Source: a virus
Lineage: Duplodnaviria; Caudoviricetes
Strand: one strand, 5' to 3'
IMG/VR virus record: IMGVR_UViG_3300025293_000017
Coordinates: 1-36,061 of that record
DNA: 36,061 nucleotides
Positions within the stretch are counted from its first letter, which is position 1. Each line of letters begins with the position of its first letter. The notes beneath the pieces were generated by a model. That model was given only the letters and a program-made list of their open reading frames with translations. It searched no databases and was not told where the DNA came from. A program made the position numbers and the translations under genes. Shown here one piece after another: positions 17,590 to 26,907 of the stretch.

Positions 17590-19149
17590 TCAGTCAACGC
17601 GACCCGATGCACGGTTGACCATTGCCCGAACTTCCTTGTCTACAACTTGCGCGACGGTGTTGGTTGTAGCATCGACAAGGGCATCCCTCAACATATTGGG
17701 ATCAATATCGACATGCAAATCAGAATCGCCCTCAATGAGTTCAATAAACTCATCATCAACGCTTGCCTGATTCGGCACGCTCTCCTTCTTTGGTTTTGGC
17801 TTGTCGGTGTAAAGCCCCGACCCTTCGACATATCGGAAAGTATTCTGGAACCTGTCCACGTTCTTGATCGTTTCTCTGACCGCAACCTTGATGTTATTCA
17901 TTTCCTTGCGAATAGCATCAAGGAACTGGTTCATGTCGTCCATGTGTTCTTCAGGGACGTCCTCGGCCTTTCCCTGTTCTTTGTTGTCTTGATCTGTGAT
18001 CTCTGGCATAGGTTCACTCATTAAGTCCTTATCATGAACAGCAACCGACTCGGCCTCATCGGTGAAGCCGTGCGTCTGAAGAAGTGCGCCCAACTCCACG
18101 TCACTGATATCGGCATGGGCATCTCGAACTTCAATAAACTTTGTCCATGACTCCACATCCCGTTCCCAGGGAGCCACGCGGTCAAATTCTTTGTAATGGT
18201 TGGCCAGATGTGCGCGAATCTTTCCGAAGTCGTCGGCAGTGAAGCCTGTCTGATCAAGTCGTCCAGCCGCCGCCGCGACACCACGAAATACCACATCAGC
18301 CCCTTGTGGGCGATGGTGCGGAAGTTTCAGGTCGCCATAATTTGCTGGAGGCATATCAACCGCATACGTGAAATGCCGTGAAATTGCTCTGCGTTTGTCA
18401 GCGTCAACTGAATCCCACGGAGCCGACGTAAAGTCTCTCAGCGATGGCCGACTCCACATTTCGTTCATCGGGGCCAGGCCATACTCGGACGGATTGTTCG
18501 GAACCATCCCCTTCGTCTCGGTTGATTTAGGGTCGGCTTGTGTCAGCCAGGACTTCGCCCATGCCGTTATCGGCTCAACATCAATGCCGTCTTTTGAGGC
18601 GGCGATTAAAGCGTGAGGATTGGCAGGAATCGGAACGACACTATATTCGAGCAGTTCTTGTTCCTCGAAGTCGAACCCTTGTTGCCCGTTGTCTCGCTCG
18701 GTAGACTTGAACTTCTGCGGTCTAAATCCAACAGATACCGCATTCAGAAAGCCTCCCTTGATCATCCGGTACACCGTATCGGCAAACGGATTCAGGTCGG
18801 CGGTGGCAAACTCGGCAGTCGAAACCAGGCTTCCATCTTCTTCTTCAATAGAGATGGCCCGTGCGATAGGGAGTTGCTTGTAGTCGTGCGCGAACATGAC
18901 CACTGGATTCTGTCGATAGGCGTTTAACACCCACCCTTCAGATCGTAGTCGGTCATTCTCGCGGTCAACGTCACCCGTGGAGATGGTGAACTTGATGCGA
19001 CGTTGCCCCACATCTTCGGCATTAGCAACGGCCTGTTTCCTGACAATCGTTTGCGTGCCGTCATCGCCACCTTGGACTCGCTGCTTCCAGTCAACCAGAT
19101 CAAGCACGGTCGGCACAGGTGTTGTGCCTTGTGTTTTAGAGTTGCTCAT
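17590..19149 (-). CDS. HK97-type prohead protease with extra central domain and scaffold-like C-terminus
   Basis: DREND...NPVVMFAHD...GFLNAVSVGF...LLEYSVVPIPANP; start placed at ATG 19149, downstream of the terminator. Confidence 0.9.
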   Translation of the reverse strand: MSNSKTQGTTPVPTVLDLVDWKQRVQGGDDGTQTIVRKQAVANAEDVGQRRIKFTISTGDVDRENDRLRSEGWVLNAYRQNPVVMFAHDYKQLPIARAISIEEEDGSLVSTAEFATADLNPFADTVYRMIKGGFLNAVSVGFRPQKFKSTERDNGQQGFDFEEQELLEYSVVPIPANPHALIAASKDGIDVEPITAWAKSWLTQADPKSTETKGMVPNNPSEYGLAPMNEMWSRPSLRDFTSAPWDSVDADKRRAISRHFTYAVDMPPANYGDLKLPHHRPQGADVVFRGVAAAAGRLDQTGFTADDFGKIRAHLANHYKEFDRVAPWERDVESWTKFIEVRDAHADISDVELGALLQTHGFTDEAESVAVHDKDLMSEPMPEITDQDNKEQGKAEDVPEEHMDDMNQFLDAIRKEMNNIKVAVRETIKNVDRFQNTFRYVEGSGLYTDKPKPKKESVPNQASVDDEFIELIEGDSDLHVDIDPNMLRDALVDATTNTVAQVVDKEVRAMVNRASGRVD

Positions 19150-19163
19150 AAACGTCCAGACAT

Positions 19164-19206
19164 AAAAAAAAGCGGCACAGGCTGACAGCACGTCAACCTC
19201 TACCGC
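19164..19206 (-). terminator. Intrinsic terminator overlapped by an alternative antiterminator fold
   Basis: GCGGUA-G-AGGUUGAC-GUGCU-GUCAGCCU-G-UGCCGC followed by U8. Confidence 0.75.
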
Positions 19207-19243
19207 AAACCTCGTCCTCGTGCGGAGAGCAGAACTGTCAGCA

Positions 19244-19272
19244 ATTCTGCATTACTGCAAACTGATTGTCAA
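19244..19272 (-). promoter_or_regulatory. sigma70-type promoter upstream of the protease-capsid genes
   Basis: TTGACA (19272-19267), 17-nt spacer, CAGAAT (19249-19244). Confidence 0.6.
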
Positions 19273-19278
19273 TGTTAA

Positions 19279-19473
19279 TCAGTCGTCATTCTTTAATTCT
19301 GTCGAGCGTTCGTGTTCCATCCCGACGACGACTGACCGCGTATCGCAGGAACCAGGCCGCAAGCGCACTGAAATATGCACTTGTCGCAGGTCTGTGGATT
19401 CATCGATCAAGGGTTGCCAGCGTTTGAGTTCTGTTTCAACTGCTTTCGCAACAGACACCGTGCGGCTTGGCAT
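19279..19473 (-). CDS. Small hypothetical protein
   Basis: 64 aa; ATG directly abuts the upstream stop. Confidence 0.5.
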   Translation of the reverse strand: MPSRTVSVAKAVETELKRWQPLIDESTDLRQVHISVRLRPGSCDTRSVVVGMEHERSTELKNDD

Positions 19474-19839
19474 TTAGTAGGTAGCTCTCTCGGCCATCCT
19501 TGCTTCGACCATTGACTCATTCAAATTCACACCATCAGCCCATACCGTTACCAACCATCGGCCATACTTGCCTTGAGCCTTTTCATTTGATGGGCGTGTT
19601 TCAATCATGACGTAATCAGCGTGATCCATTTCCTTTATCAACCAGTCACGCGACGCGATTCCTCGATCACGTTCTTCGCCTCGAACCTCTGGCGCATTGA
19701 TACCGTAGAGCCTACCCGTAACCGTTAAAGTGGCACTGAACCCTAAGTCAAGTCGCAATTCCATAAGCGTGTCGCCATCATAGACACGACAATCAAGCAT
19801 CGGAAACATCCAACGATGGCGTAACACTCCGATAGGCAT
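19474..19839 (-). CDS. Thermonuclease (SNase-like) family nuclease
   Basis: RVYDGDT...RLYGINAPE...GKYGRWL. Confidence 0.88.
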   Translation of the reverse strand: MPIGVLRHRWMFPMLDCRVYDGDTLMELRLDLGFSATLTVTGRLYGINAPEVRGEERDRGIASRDWLIKEMDHADYVMIETRPSNEKAQGKYGRWLVTVWADGVNLNESMVEARMAERATY

Positions 19840-20597
19840 CAGGTGACAAGTGTTTTGACCTGTTCGATGTGTTCGGCACGGTCAAGGTTCAGGTTTCTGA
19901 CTCGTTGCTCCGTCCACCGCTTTTCTGTCCAATACTCATAGCCGTAGCGGTGCGGGTGACGTAGGGTCGAGCTATGGTCAGGGAAGGCGACTCGACCACC
20001 GCGACCTTGAAAGAGTCCGAGCCAGTATGTGACAGATGGAAGCTCCACCTCACGTTCTCGGTCGCTACCGAATACCAAGTCCACACCATAGAGTCCAATC
20101 TCCTCAAAGCCTTCAACAATCGCCAGGGCAATTTGATAGGCAAACGTGCAGGAAAAGTAATCCGCATAGCCTAACGCTTCAATGGATTCCATCGGGAATC
20201 GAAGCGTATTCGGCAAATCCGGTTCGTGGTTCAACGTATACAGTGGGCGCGGATTGTTGTGAATCCACTCCATGTCGTCGGCGTTCTGCACCGACATCGG
20301 ATGCAGTTCAAACCATCTGTCAGCACGAAGTCGTTCGTGTGGGTCAAGACACATCACCAGATTACATGACCACACTTCGAGGTCGGGATCATCAAACGGC
20401 AAGGCATACCGCAACGGCATCCCGCCAATAATCGCCAACCGTTTGCGCTTCGGAGACAGGTCGAGTGTGCCAGCCGCCGCGTCCAGAATCGTCCACTTAG
20501 CGTTGAGTGGATGTTCGACGACCTGCTGACTTGCTCTTGGCTTTAGATGATCCACTGGTGGTCTTTCTCGCTGCTGCTGTTCGCTTGTGAGTGGCAC
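19839..20597 (-). CDS. Putative Maf/DUF115 (sialyltransferase-like) glycosyltransferase, copy B
   Basis: LAIIGG...VWSCN...DRWFELH...CTFAYQIALAIVEGFEEIGLYGVDL; collinear with 14576-15397; start uncertain. Confidence 0.6.
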   Translation of the reverse strand: MPLTSEQQQRERPPVDHLKPRASQQVVEHPLNAKWTILDAAAGTLDLSPKRKRLAIIGGMPLRYALPFDDPDLEVWSCNLVMCLDPHERLRADRWFELHPMSVQNADDMEWIHNNPRPLYTLNHEPDLPNTLRFPMESIEALGYADYFSCTFAYQIALAIVEGFEEIGLYGVDLVFGSDREREVELPSVTYWLGLFQGRGGRVAFPDHSSTLRHPHRYGYEYWTEKRWTEQRVRNLNLDRAEHIEQVKTLVT

Positions 20598-23031
20598 GGG
20601 CTTTCTTTCTAGGCTTTTGAGCTTTCTCTTTGGTGGTCTTCTCGACCAACACTAGCGCACATCGACAATTCGGATGCACGGGCGGTGCCGTTACACCACC
20701 AGGATTTAGCTTTGACGAAGTGTTCGGGAAGATGGCTCCCGCATCCATGCTTATTCGCTCACCTTCAAGTTGCACGCACAATGGGTCAACGTCATACCCT
20801 GCGGTTAGCCATTCACGTTCAACATCATCTCGGTCAAGCAGATTTGCCTCAACCGCTTCTTCCCATAAGATGTTCTGTCCGGCATTGGCTGCTTTCGCCA
20901 GTTCAGTTCGAGCAATCAACTTAGCTCGCATTCGCTTATAGGCGGTTTCGATTCGATCTACCTGCCCTGCAATCTTCTCCACGTCTTTCGGATACTTCTG
21001 TGACAGTTCTTCAACGGTCACACCGCGACGCTTGGCGGCTTTCTTGAGCAGACGTTCTTCTCTGTGAATGGCAGCGTTCTTATAGAAGTCGGTCAGCCCG
21101 ACCGCACTTCTGATATGCCGTGCGGTCTTGTCCGAACCCCATCCCTCTTTCACTGACGTGGCGATAATGGACTGGATGGTTTTCTTGTTTTCAATCCCCA
21201 TCTCGCTGATTAAGAGTGCGGCTTCAGTCTTTGCATAATTCACAGTCGCATTGTTCACCAGGTTAAAACTAATCGGAGCCACGCCCACAGTAATCTGCTT
21301 CCCTGTCTGGTTCTTTGTCAGTTGGATTCCCGTCTGGTCGGCGGCAAATGTCGCACCGCGTAAACACATCGACGCCAACTCGTCTTGGAGTTTGCTCATG
21401 GTATCGAGCCAGTCTTGGAGTATCGGGTCGATGAAGGTCATCACACGATTACTCCTAACGGCTACCAGTAGCTTCTCCAGGGAAATAGATTCCTCGATAC
21501 CTTTCCACTCGCTGATAAGTTGTCGGCGCATTGCCCCTTCGCGTCGGTCAGCAAGTCTGATCAGGGTCGGTAAGCCTTCTTCACTGTCATCCTCAGCTTT
21601 CTGCTCCACGGGGAGTTCAGCCTTTTGTGCCGTGTTGGTATCTGCGACTGCTTTCACTGGCTCAATCTTGCCAGTTTCTAATGACCCTCCTTCTGCCGGT
21701 GGCGGTGTCTGCCCGAGCGAGACTTCCAGTAGATTTGATGGCATCAAATGAACGTCACCTCGATCATCATCGAGCGGGTCGTAGCCCGACAGTTCCCGCC
21801 ATTCGTCAACCGTCAGGACAGCCGTGTTCGACTTAGCCGCATCGAGTTCGTGTCGCTTGTCTTCCTGCACAGGTGACTCGTAGTCCACAATCAATCGCTC
21901 GTCGTATTCAGGGATAAGCCGTTCCTGAAAGACTGACCGCAAGAACTCTAGCCGTGGTGTCAAGACATACTTGGCGAACAGGTAGTCAGCCGCGTCAATC
22001 GTGGCACGGTTCGAGTTCTCGATGACGCCAAGAATCTCAGGTGGCAATCCGAACGTCTGGATAATGATGTCCCGTTGCGCTGACCGGAGTTCACTGAACT
22101 GCATGGACCGAAAGTCGGTAGCCAGTTCTTTGACTTCAATCTCTCGACTCACAAAGTAGGGCTTGAAGGCTCGCCAGAAGCCTTGATTCTTTGACAGCCA
22201 GTCATGTTCGAGTCGTTCCACTTCTTCGGGTCGAAGTGGTGAGTCGGTTCCACTCTTTTGCTTCGGGGAGATGATCAGGTCAGGTCTGGCGCGATTGAAG
22301 AAGAACTGACGCAGATGCCGACCCGCATACTCATTTGTCTCCAGTTCGTCGGCTAACACGTTCCCCAGGCCACTTCCTCTCCCATACGGGTTCGCTGGAT
22401 TCGGATCACTGAGCCAGAGGATTTCCGTCTCTGGAATGTTGCCCTGCCATCCACGGAAGCCAATCTCGTAATGCTTTGTCTTTGGTGTTGGTGTGGCTCT
22501 GACCCAGTCCGGTGGAATCGGCCAGAAGGCGACCGGTGCTGACAAGCCGTTCCTCTGCTTGAGCAGAAACGCATCGCCAATCAAATCGAGATGCACCTGA
22601 ACGGTCTTCATCATTGCTCGACCAGTCTGGAGACTGTTCCCGTAGTTCAGGGCATCGAGGAGAATGTGTTCTTCTACCTCAGCAACGTCAGCCATCTTTT
22701 GTCGCGCCTGGAGCCGTGAGTCTGGTGAACCGACCTGCATGGCTCGTGTGCGAACCGCCCGTCCCTCTTTCTGATGCACATAGAGACTCCAATGTGTTGA
22801 CGCAATGGCGGTCGCTATCTTGGCACTGCACGCACGCAACCACGGCATCTCGGAATACGCATTCAGAAGATTCCTGGTGCCTTTCTGCGGGGCATCGCCT
22901 CGCTCGGAAGGAAACAGGGCGTTCAATAATCCGTGCGTGTCGGTATTGATTTTCGTGTCGTCGCTGAAGACACTGACTACCGCTTTGCTGGCGGCTTTTA
23001 ACTTTTCGACGAATGTGGCAGAACTATCCAT
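20497..23031 (-). CDS. Portal protein fused to a Mu gpF-like head morphogenesis domain
   Basis: HK97-type portal motifs (LDLIGDAF, YGRGSG, FGLPPEILG, LTVDEWRE); gpF motifs RAKLIARTE, REWLT, PPVHPNCRC; start at ATG 23031 with GAGG RBS. Confidence 0.9.
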   Translation of the reverse strand: MDSSATFVEKLKAASKAVVSVFSDDTKINTDTHGLLNALFPSERGDAPQKGTRNLLNAYSEMPWLRACSAKIATAIASTHWSLYVHQKEGRAVRTRAMQVGSPDSRLQARQKMADVAEVEEHILLDALNYGNSLQTGRAMMKTVQVHLDLIGDAFLLKQRNGLSAPVAFWPIPPDWVRATPTPKTKHYEIGFRGWQGNIPETEILWLSDPNPANPYGRGSGLGNVLADELETNEYAGRHLRQFFFNRARPDLIISPKQKSGTDSPLRPEEVERLEHDWLSKNQGFWRAFKPYFVSREIEVKELATDFRSMQFSELRSAQRDIIIQTFGLPPEILGVIENSNRATIDAADYLFAKYVLTPRLEFLRSVFQERLIPEYDERLIVDYESPVQEDKRHELDAAKSNTAVLTVDEWRELSGYDPLDDDRGDVHLMPSNLLEVSLGQTPPPAEGGSLETGKIEPVKAVADTNTAQKAELPVEQKAEDDSEEGLPTLIRLADRREGAMRRQLISEWKGIEESISLEKLLVAVRSNRVMTFIDPILQDWLDTMSKLQDELASMCLRGATFAADQTGIQLTKNQTGKQITVGVAPISFNLVNNATVNYAKTEAALLISEMGIENKKTIQSIIATSVKEGWGSDKTARHIRSAVGLTDFYKNAAIHREERLLKKAAKRRGVTVEELSQKYPKDVEKIAGQVDRIETAYKRMRAKLIARTELAKAANAGQNILWEEAVEANLLDRDDVEREWLTAGYDVDPLCVQLEGERISMDAGAIFPNTSSKLNPGGVTAPPVHPNCRCALVLVEKTTKEKAQKPRKKARATHKRTAAARKTTSGSSKAKSKSAGRRTSTQR

Positions 23032-23033
23032 AG

Positions 23034-24365
23034 TCAACCCTCTGGCCAATAGACACCATCGCTTTTCAGAGCATTCGACACGGTCTGCGAAGCTCGACTC
23101 TTGCGAATGGCGGCAAGGCGTTCTTGTGTGTCTGACGACGGTCGGTCAAATTCCAACAGCCGCCAATCTTTGTTGGCAAACCGACGACGGGCTTCAACGG
23201 CCAAGGCCAAGGCACAGACGCAATCATCGTGCATGCCAGGTGGCGCAGAATACCGCACGCCGGTCGGCGTATATTCATATTGGAAGGACATCAGTTCGTT
23301 CGACACGACACCATCGGGATATGTCACCTGCTGATTGCCTATCGCCACGACCAGTCCTTCGATGAGTTGTTGTTTACTGCTACTGCTAAATTTGAATCCT
23401 TCAAAGTGTGCGCCCGTATTCGACGCACGAGCCACCTTCTGTAGAGACTCTAACACCGGATCGCCCAATCCGGTAGAGTCAATCAGGGCAGGTCGGTCTC
23501 CGACAAGTTTTACAATGTCGTCAATCGTTTCATTCCACGGCCGTTGCCAGCGAAGCATCTGCGTACACTGTCCCGACTGGTCAAGGGCGATACCCACTGT
23601 CCAGTCCACTGACTTCGCCAAGTCCCATCCCCACACTGCCGTCTCCTCGGTGGACAGTTCCATCACACACGAGTTGATCGCGTCAGCCGTGCCGAACGGA
23701 CAGCCTTCGTCATCAGACGGTTCGGCTTCATAGAGTTCTTGAAAGGCGGCAGTGTTACCACGGAAGACACTCTTGGCATCGAGGACTTCGTCTTTGTCTA
23801 ACACGCCAGCGTCAATCGCGTCCCAGGCCGTGATCTTGGCGTAGTGCCAATCCGGTTCACCACTCTCGGCACGACGGGCGAGTTGGTACGCCCAGTTGCG
23901 TCGACCCTTGACATTGCCAATGACACGCACCGAACCGCCTGTGGCAGTGATGGTCGTCCGTGCGGCAATCCACGCATCTTCTTTACACCGTGACGCCTCG
24001 TCAATCACCATGCCATAGACATCCTCACCATAGAGGGCATCTGGTTTATCGGCTGACTTGAACGCGATGATCGTGTTCGACGGACGGACATGAATCTCTA
24101 AGCCTTGTTCATGGGCTTCATAGAGACTGGTATCGAGATATTGCTTGAGCCGTTTGAAGGCAATCTTGGACTGTTCTCGAATCGGCGCAATCCACCAGTA
24201 TTGATTCCCTGTTTTCCCTTGCAGGGCTTGCTCGAACAGCCAGATAATACAGCCGACCGTCTTGCCGCTTTTCGTGCTGGCCTCAATCACGCTATACCGC
24301 GCAGGAGAGAAGATGGCTTCTAACTGCTTGGGATACATCCACGGGCGAGAGTATCGCGCAATCAC
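23034..24365 (-). CDS. terL: Terminase large subunit
   Basis: Walker A ASTKSGKT, Walker B VIDEA, nuclease motifs GWDLA, IDSTG, HDDCVCALALA. Confidence 0.93.
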   Translation of the reverse strand: MIARYSRPWMYPKQLEAIFSPARYSVIEASTKSGKTVGCIIWLFEQALQGKTGNQYWWIAPIREQSKIAFKRLKQYLDTSLYEAHEQGLEIHVRPSNTIIAFKSADKPDALYGEDVYGMVIDEASRCKEDAWIAARTTITATGGSVRVIGNVKGRRNWAYQLARRAESGEPDWHYAKITAWDAIDAGVLDKDEVLDAKSVFRGNTAAFQELYEAEPSDDEGCPFGTADAINSCVMELSTEETAVWGWDLAKSVDWTVGIALDQSGQCTQMLRWQRPWNETIDDIVKLVGDRPALIDSTGLGDPVLESLQKVARASNTGAHFEGFKFSSSSKQQLIEGLVVAIGNQQVTYPDGVVSNELMSFQYEYTPTGVRYSAPPGMHDDCVCALALAVEARRRFANKDWRLLEFDRPSSDTQERLAAIRKSRASQTVSNALKSDGVYWPEG

Positions 24366-24805
24366 GTTTCGTCCTTCGTGGTGTTGCTGCTCAGAAGACG
24401 CTTTACGAGTGATGCCTTGTGTGGTGGTGGTGGAATGTTGAGCTTGATTTCAATCTCGTTGTTCTCGCCCTGCCCCATGTGTTCCACTTTGTCGCCGTAG
24501 GTTTCACGGCGATGCGCCTTGAGAATAAAGATGGCCGCGAGGTCGCTCTTCTCCCTGGCACGCTTATGCAATGAGGCAAGTGTGAGGTCAAGCCCGTCTT
24601 CAATAGCTTCGTTCCATGCTTCTCGAAACTGTTTATTCTTGTCGCGTTCCCGATAGACGACTGCACGGCTGACACCAGCCTTCCGAGCCGCAATCGCAAT
24701 CACCGGCATCACTGCCAGCGTCGCCAGGAACACCGGCTTCCATTCACCAGCCGACTTCGGGCTGACACCCTTCTTGCGTCCTCCGAGTTTCTTTGGTGCT
24801 ACCAT
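24362..24805 (-). CDS. Probable terminase small subunit
   Basis: HTH-like AARKAGVSRAVVYRER, AIFILKAHRRETYGD; overlaps terL start. Confidence 0.75.
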   Translation of the reverse strand: MVAPKKLGGRKKGVSPKSAGEWKPVFLATLAVMPVIAIAARKAGVSRAVVYRERDKNKQFREAWNEAIEDGLDLTLASLHKRAREKSDLAAIFILKAHRRETYGDKVEHMGQGENNEIEIKLNIPPPPHKASLVKRLLSSNTTKDET

Positions 24806-24812
24806 ATCGTCC

Positions 24813-25067
24813 TCACTGTGTCAGTCTCCGCGAGATCCACATGCCAAGTATCGCACCGAGACTTGCTCCGACGCCATACGACGCAGCGAACTCCCACGAC
24901 TGATACCCGCTCGATGTGCCAGCGTTTAGCCACCAGACAAAACTAATCAGGAACGCGGTGCATCCGGCATAACCATACTGCCCTCGGCTAATGAACACGG
25001 TCGATGCGCTGACGGGTGCGACTTGCAGACAGCCACGGAGTACCATCTCCAGCACGTCGCCCATCAT
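24813..25067 (-). CDS. Small membrane protein
   Basis: Three hydrophobic segments; ATGA overlap with the methyltransferase stop. Confidence 0.55.
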   Translation of the reverse strand: MMGDVLEMVLRGCLQVAPVSASTVFISRGQYGYAGCTAFLISFVWWLNAGTSSGYQSWEFAASYGVGASLGAILGMWISRRLTQ

Positions 25068-26299
25068 GTCACCTTGGTCGCGGTCTTCCCCGTGAACGCT
25101 TCCCATCGATCAATCGTGACCTGGCAATAGGACGGTTCGATTTCGATGCCGTAGCAATGACGGCTTAGTTGTTCGGCTGCAATAATCGTTGATCCAGAAC
25201 CTAAAAACCCATCGAACACTATGTCATCAGACACACAACTGTTGCGGATAGCTCGACTCATTAAATCATTTGGTTTTGTAGTCGGATGATCGGGACTGGT
25301 TGGTGGACGTGGTATTTCCCACACCGTCGTTTGTGTGCGGTCGTTTATAAAATAATGCGATTTGCCTGACTTCCATCCGTACCATAACGATTCGTGCTGC
25401 CAGTGGTAATCCTGACGACTTAAAACCATTCTGTCTTTAACCCACACAATCATTTGTCGAATTTCGTGTATTGTTTCCAACGCATTCACAACCTGTCGAT
25501 CTCCACCTGACGCACAAACATAAAAACTTCCACCAGACGACAATGGCCATGCTGCAATTGCGCTTTTAAGAAATAAAGCAAACGACTCCGGTGACAGAGA
25601 ATCGTTTGGCACAACCAATCCATCTGTGCGTCGTCTGCGCTTTTTTAATTGTTCTATGCTGGCATCATCTTGGTATCCGACGTTATAAGGTGGATCAGTA
25701 AATATCATTTGAGCTTTGTTTCCATTCATTACCAGCGCCACGTCATCGGCGTTCGTGCAGTCACCGCACAGCAACCGGTGGTCGCCAAGCGTAAACAGAT
25801 CACCCGTCTTAATATCCGTAGCGCGTTTCGCTGGCACATCATCAGGATCGGTAAGACCACCATCAGGCTCAGGAGTCTCCAATAGGTCAGCGAGTTCGTC
25901 CTCGTAAAAGAACGGCGACAAGTCCAGCCCATCCTCCGCATCCTTCAGCAACTGGCCAACATCCCACTCAGCTAATTCACCAGTGCGGTTGTCATACAAC
26001 GCCAGGTCGCGCTTCTGAGCCTCTGACAGCCCCGTACGGCGCACCGCGACAAGCTCTGACCCCTTAGCCTCAACCACCTTCAGGTCGGTGATACCAGCCT
26101 CGCCAGCGGCTTCTATGGTCGCGTTCCCTGCCAGCACTTCGTTGTTCTCATCAATGACAATCGAGCGACCGGTGCCGACCTTGTGTAGTGCCTCGACAAT
26201 CATGCCGACATTTCGTGGCGTGTGCTTGCGTCGGTTGTTCGGGTCAGGAACTAAGTCCTTGATATGAGTAAGCGGCTTTGCTCTTTTTTTAGGTGTCAC
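25064..26299 (-). CDS. ParB-N-like domain fused to N6A/N4C DNA methyltransferase
   Basis: PDPNNRRKH...LAGN...DNR N-terminal domain; TDPPYN, HPTTKP, FDGFLGSGST. Confidence 0.9.
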   Translation of the reverse strand: MTPKKRAKPLTHIKDLVPDPNNRRKHTPRNVGMIVEALHKVGTGRSIVIDENNEVLAGNATIEAAGEAGITDLKVVEAKGSELVAVRRTGLSEAQKRDLALYDNRTGELAEWDVGQLLKDAEDGLDLSPFFYEDELADLLETPEPDGGLTDPDDVPAKRATDIKTGDLFTLGDHRLLCGDCTNADDVALVMNGNKAQMIFTDPPYNVGYQDDASIEQLKKRRRRTDGLVVPNDSLSPESFALFLKSAIAAWPLSSGGSFYVCASGGDRQVVNALETIHEIRQMIVWVKDRMVLSRQDYHWQHESLWYGWKSGKSHYFINDRTQTTVWEIPRPPTSPDHPTTKPNDLMSRAIRNSCVSDDIVFDGFLGSGSTIIAAEQLSRHCYGIEIEPSYCQVTIDRWEAFTGKTATKVT

Positions 26300-26320
26300 C
26301 TTTTGAGACTTTCCTCTCTA

Positions 26321-26905
26321 TTAAGCATATCCTGCTGCCCCGCCTCTTACTGACGCACCGTCACGATAGAGATGTTGCTGGTGTTTATAGTGACGTAATT
26401 CATCAGGTGAACGAAGCTCACGAATCTTCTTGGCGTAGGCTTGTCCTGTGGAGAATGTTTTCAGATGGGCGCGGTCGAGAATCTCTGAATACAGACACCA
26501 ACCGAGAAGCGTATAGTCCGTCTTAATATCCTGCTCTGTCTGGTTCCACGTTTCACACAGCATGAGTGCATACGCATCCACTGATTTTAAGTCTCTGTTC
26601 TTTTTCAGCGGCACGATAAGATGGTCGGTGCGTCTGGTAACAGCTTTGACATCCACACGTAGACCAGAAGGCAAGACGCAATCGTAGCCACCGAAACGCG
26701 GTTCAGTCGTAAGGTCTGGATAAGCATTCATTAACTTAGAGAACGCCACCTCTGCACCAAAGCCACGTCGCTCCATGACCATTGGTGAGGAATTCGCATA
26801 GAGCGCATCTGTCACACCAGCCTTTCGGTTGCTCAGATACCGACAGTTCGAGACAAACTCAACGAGACGCAGTTCTGTCTTGTTCAATGTCGTGCTGTTA
26901 TCCAT
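26321..26905 (-). CDS. Hypothetical protein, PD-(D/E)xK nuclease-like
   Basis: GAEVAF...GGYD...RVDVKA motif spacing. Confidence 0.5.
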   Translation of the reverse strand: MDNSTTLNKTELRLVEFVSNCRYLSNRKAGVTDALYANSSPMVMERRGFGAEVAFSKLMNAYPDLTTEPRFGGYDCVLPSGLRVDVKAVTRRTDHLIVPLKKNRDLKSVDAYALMLCETWNQTEQDIKTDYTLLGWCLYSEILDRAHLKTFSTGQAYAKKIRELRSPDELRHYKHQQHLYRDGASVRGGAAGYA

Positions 26906-26907
26906 GT

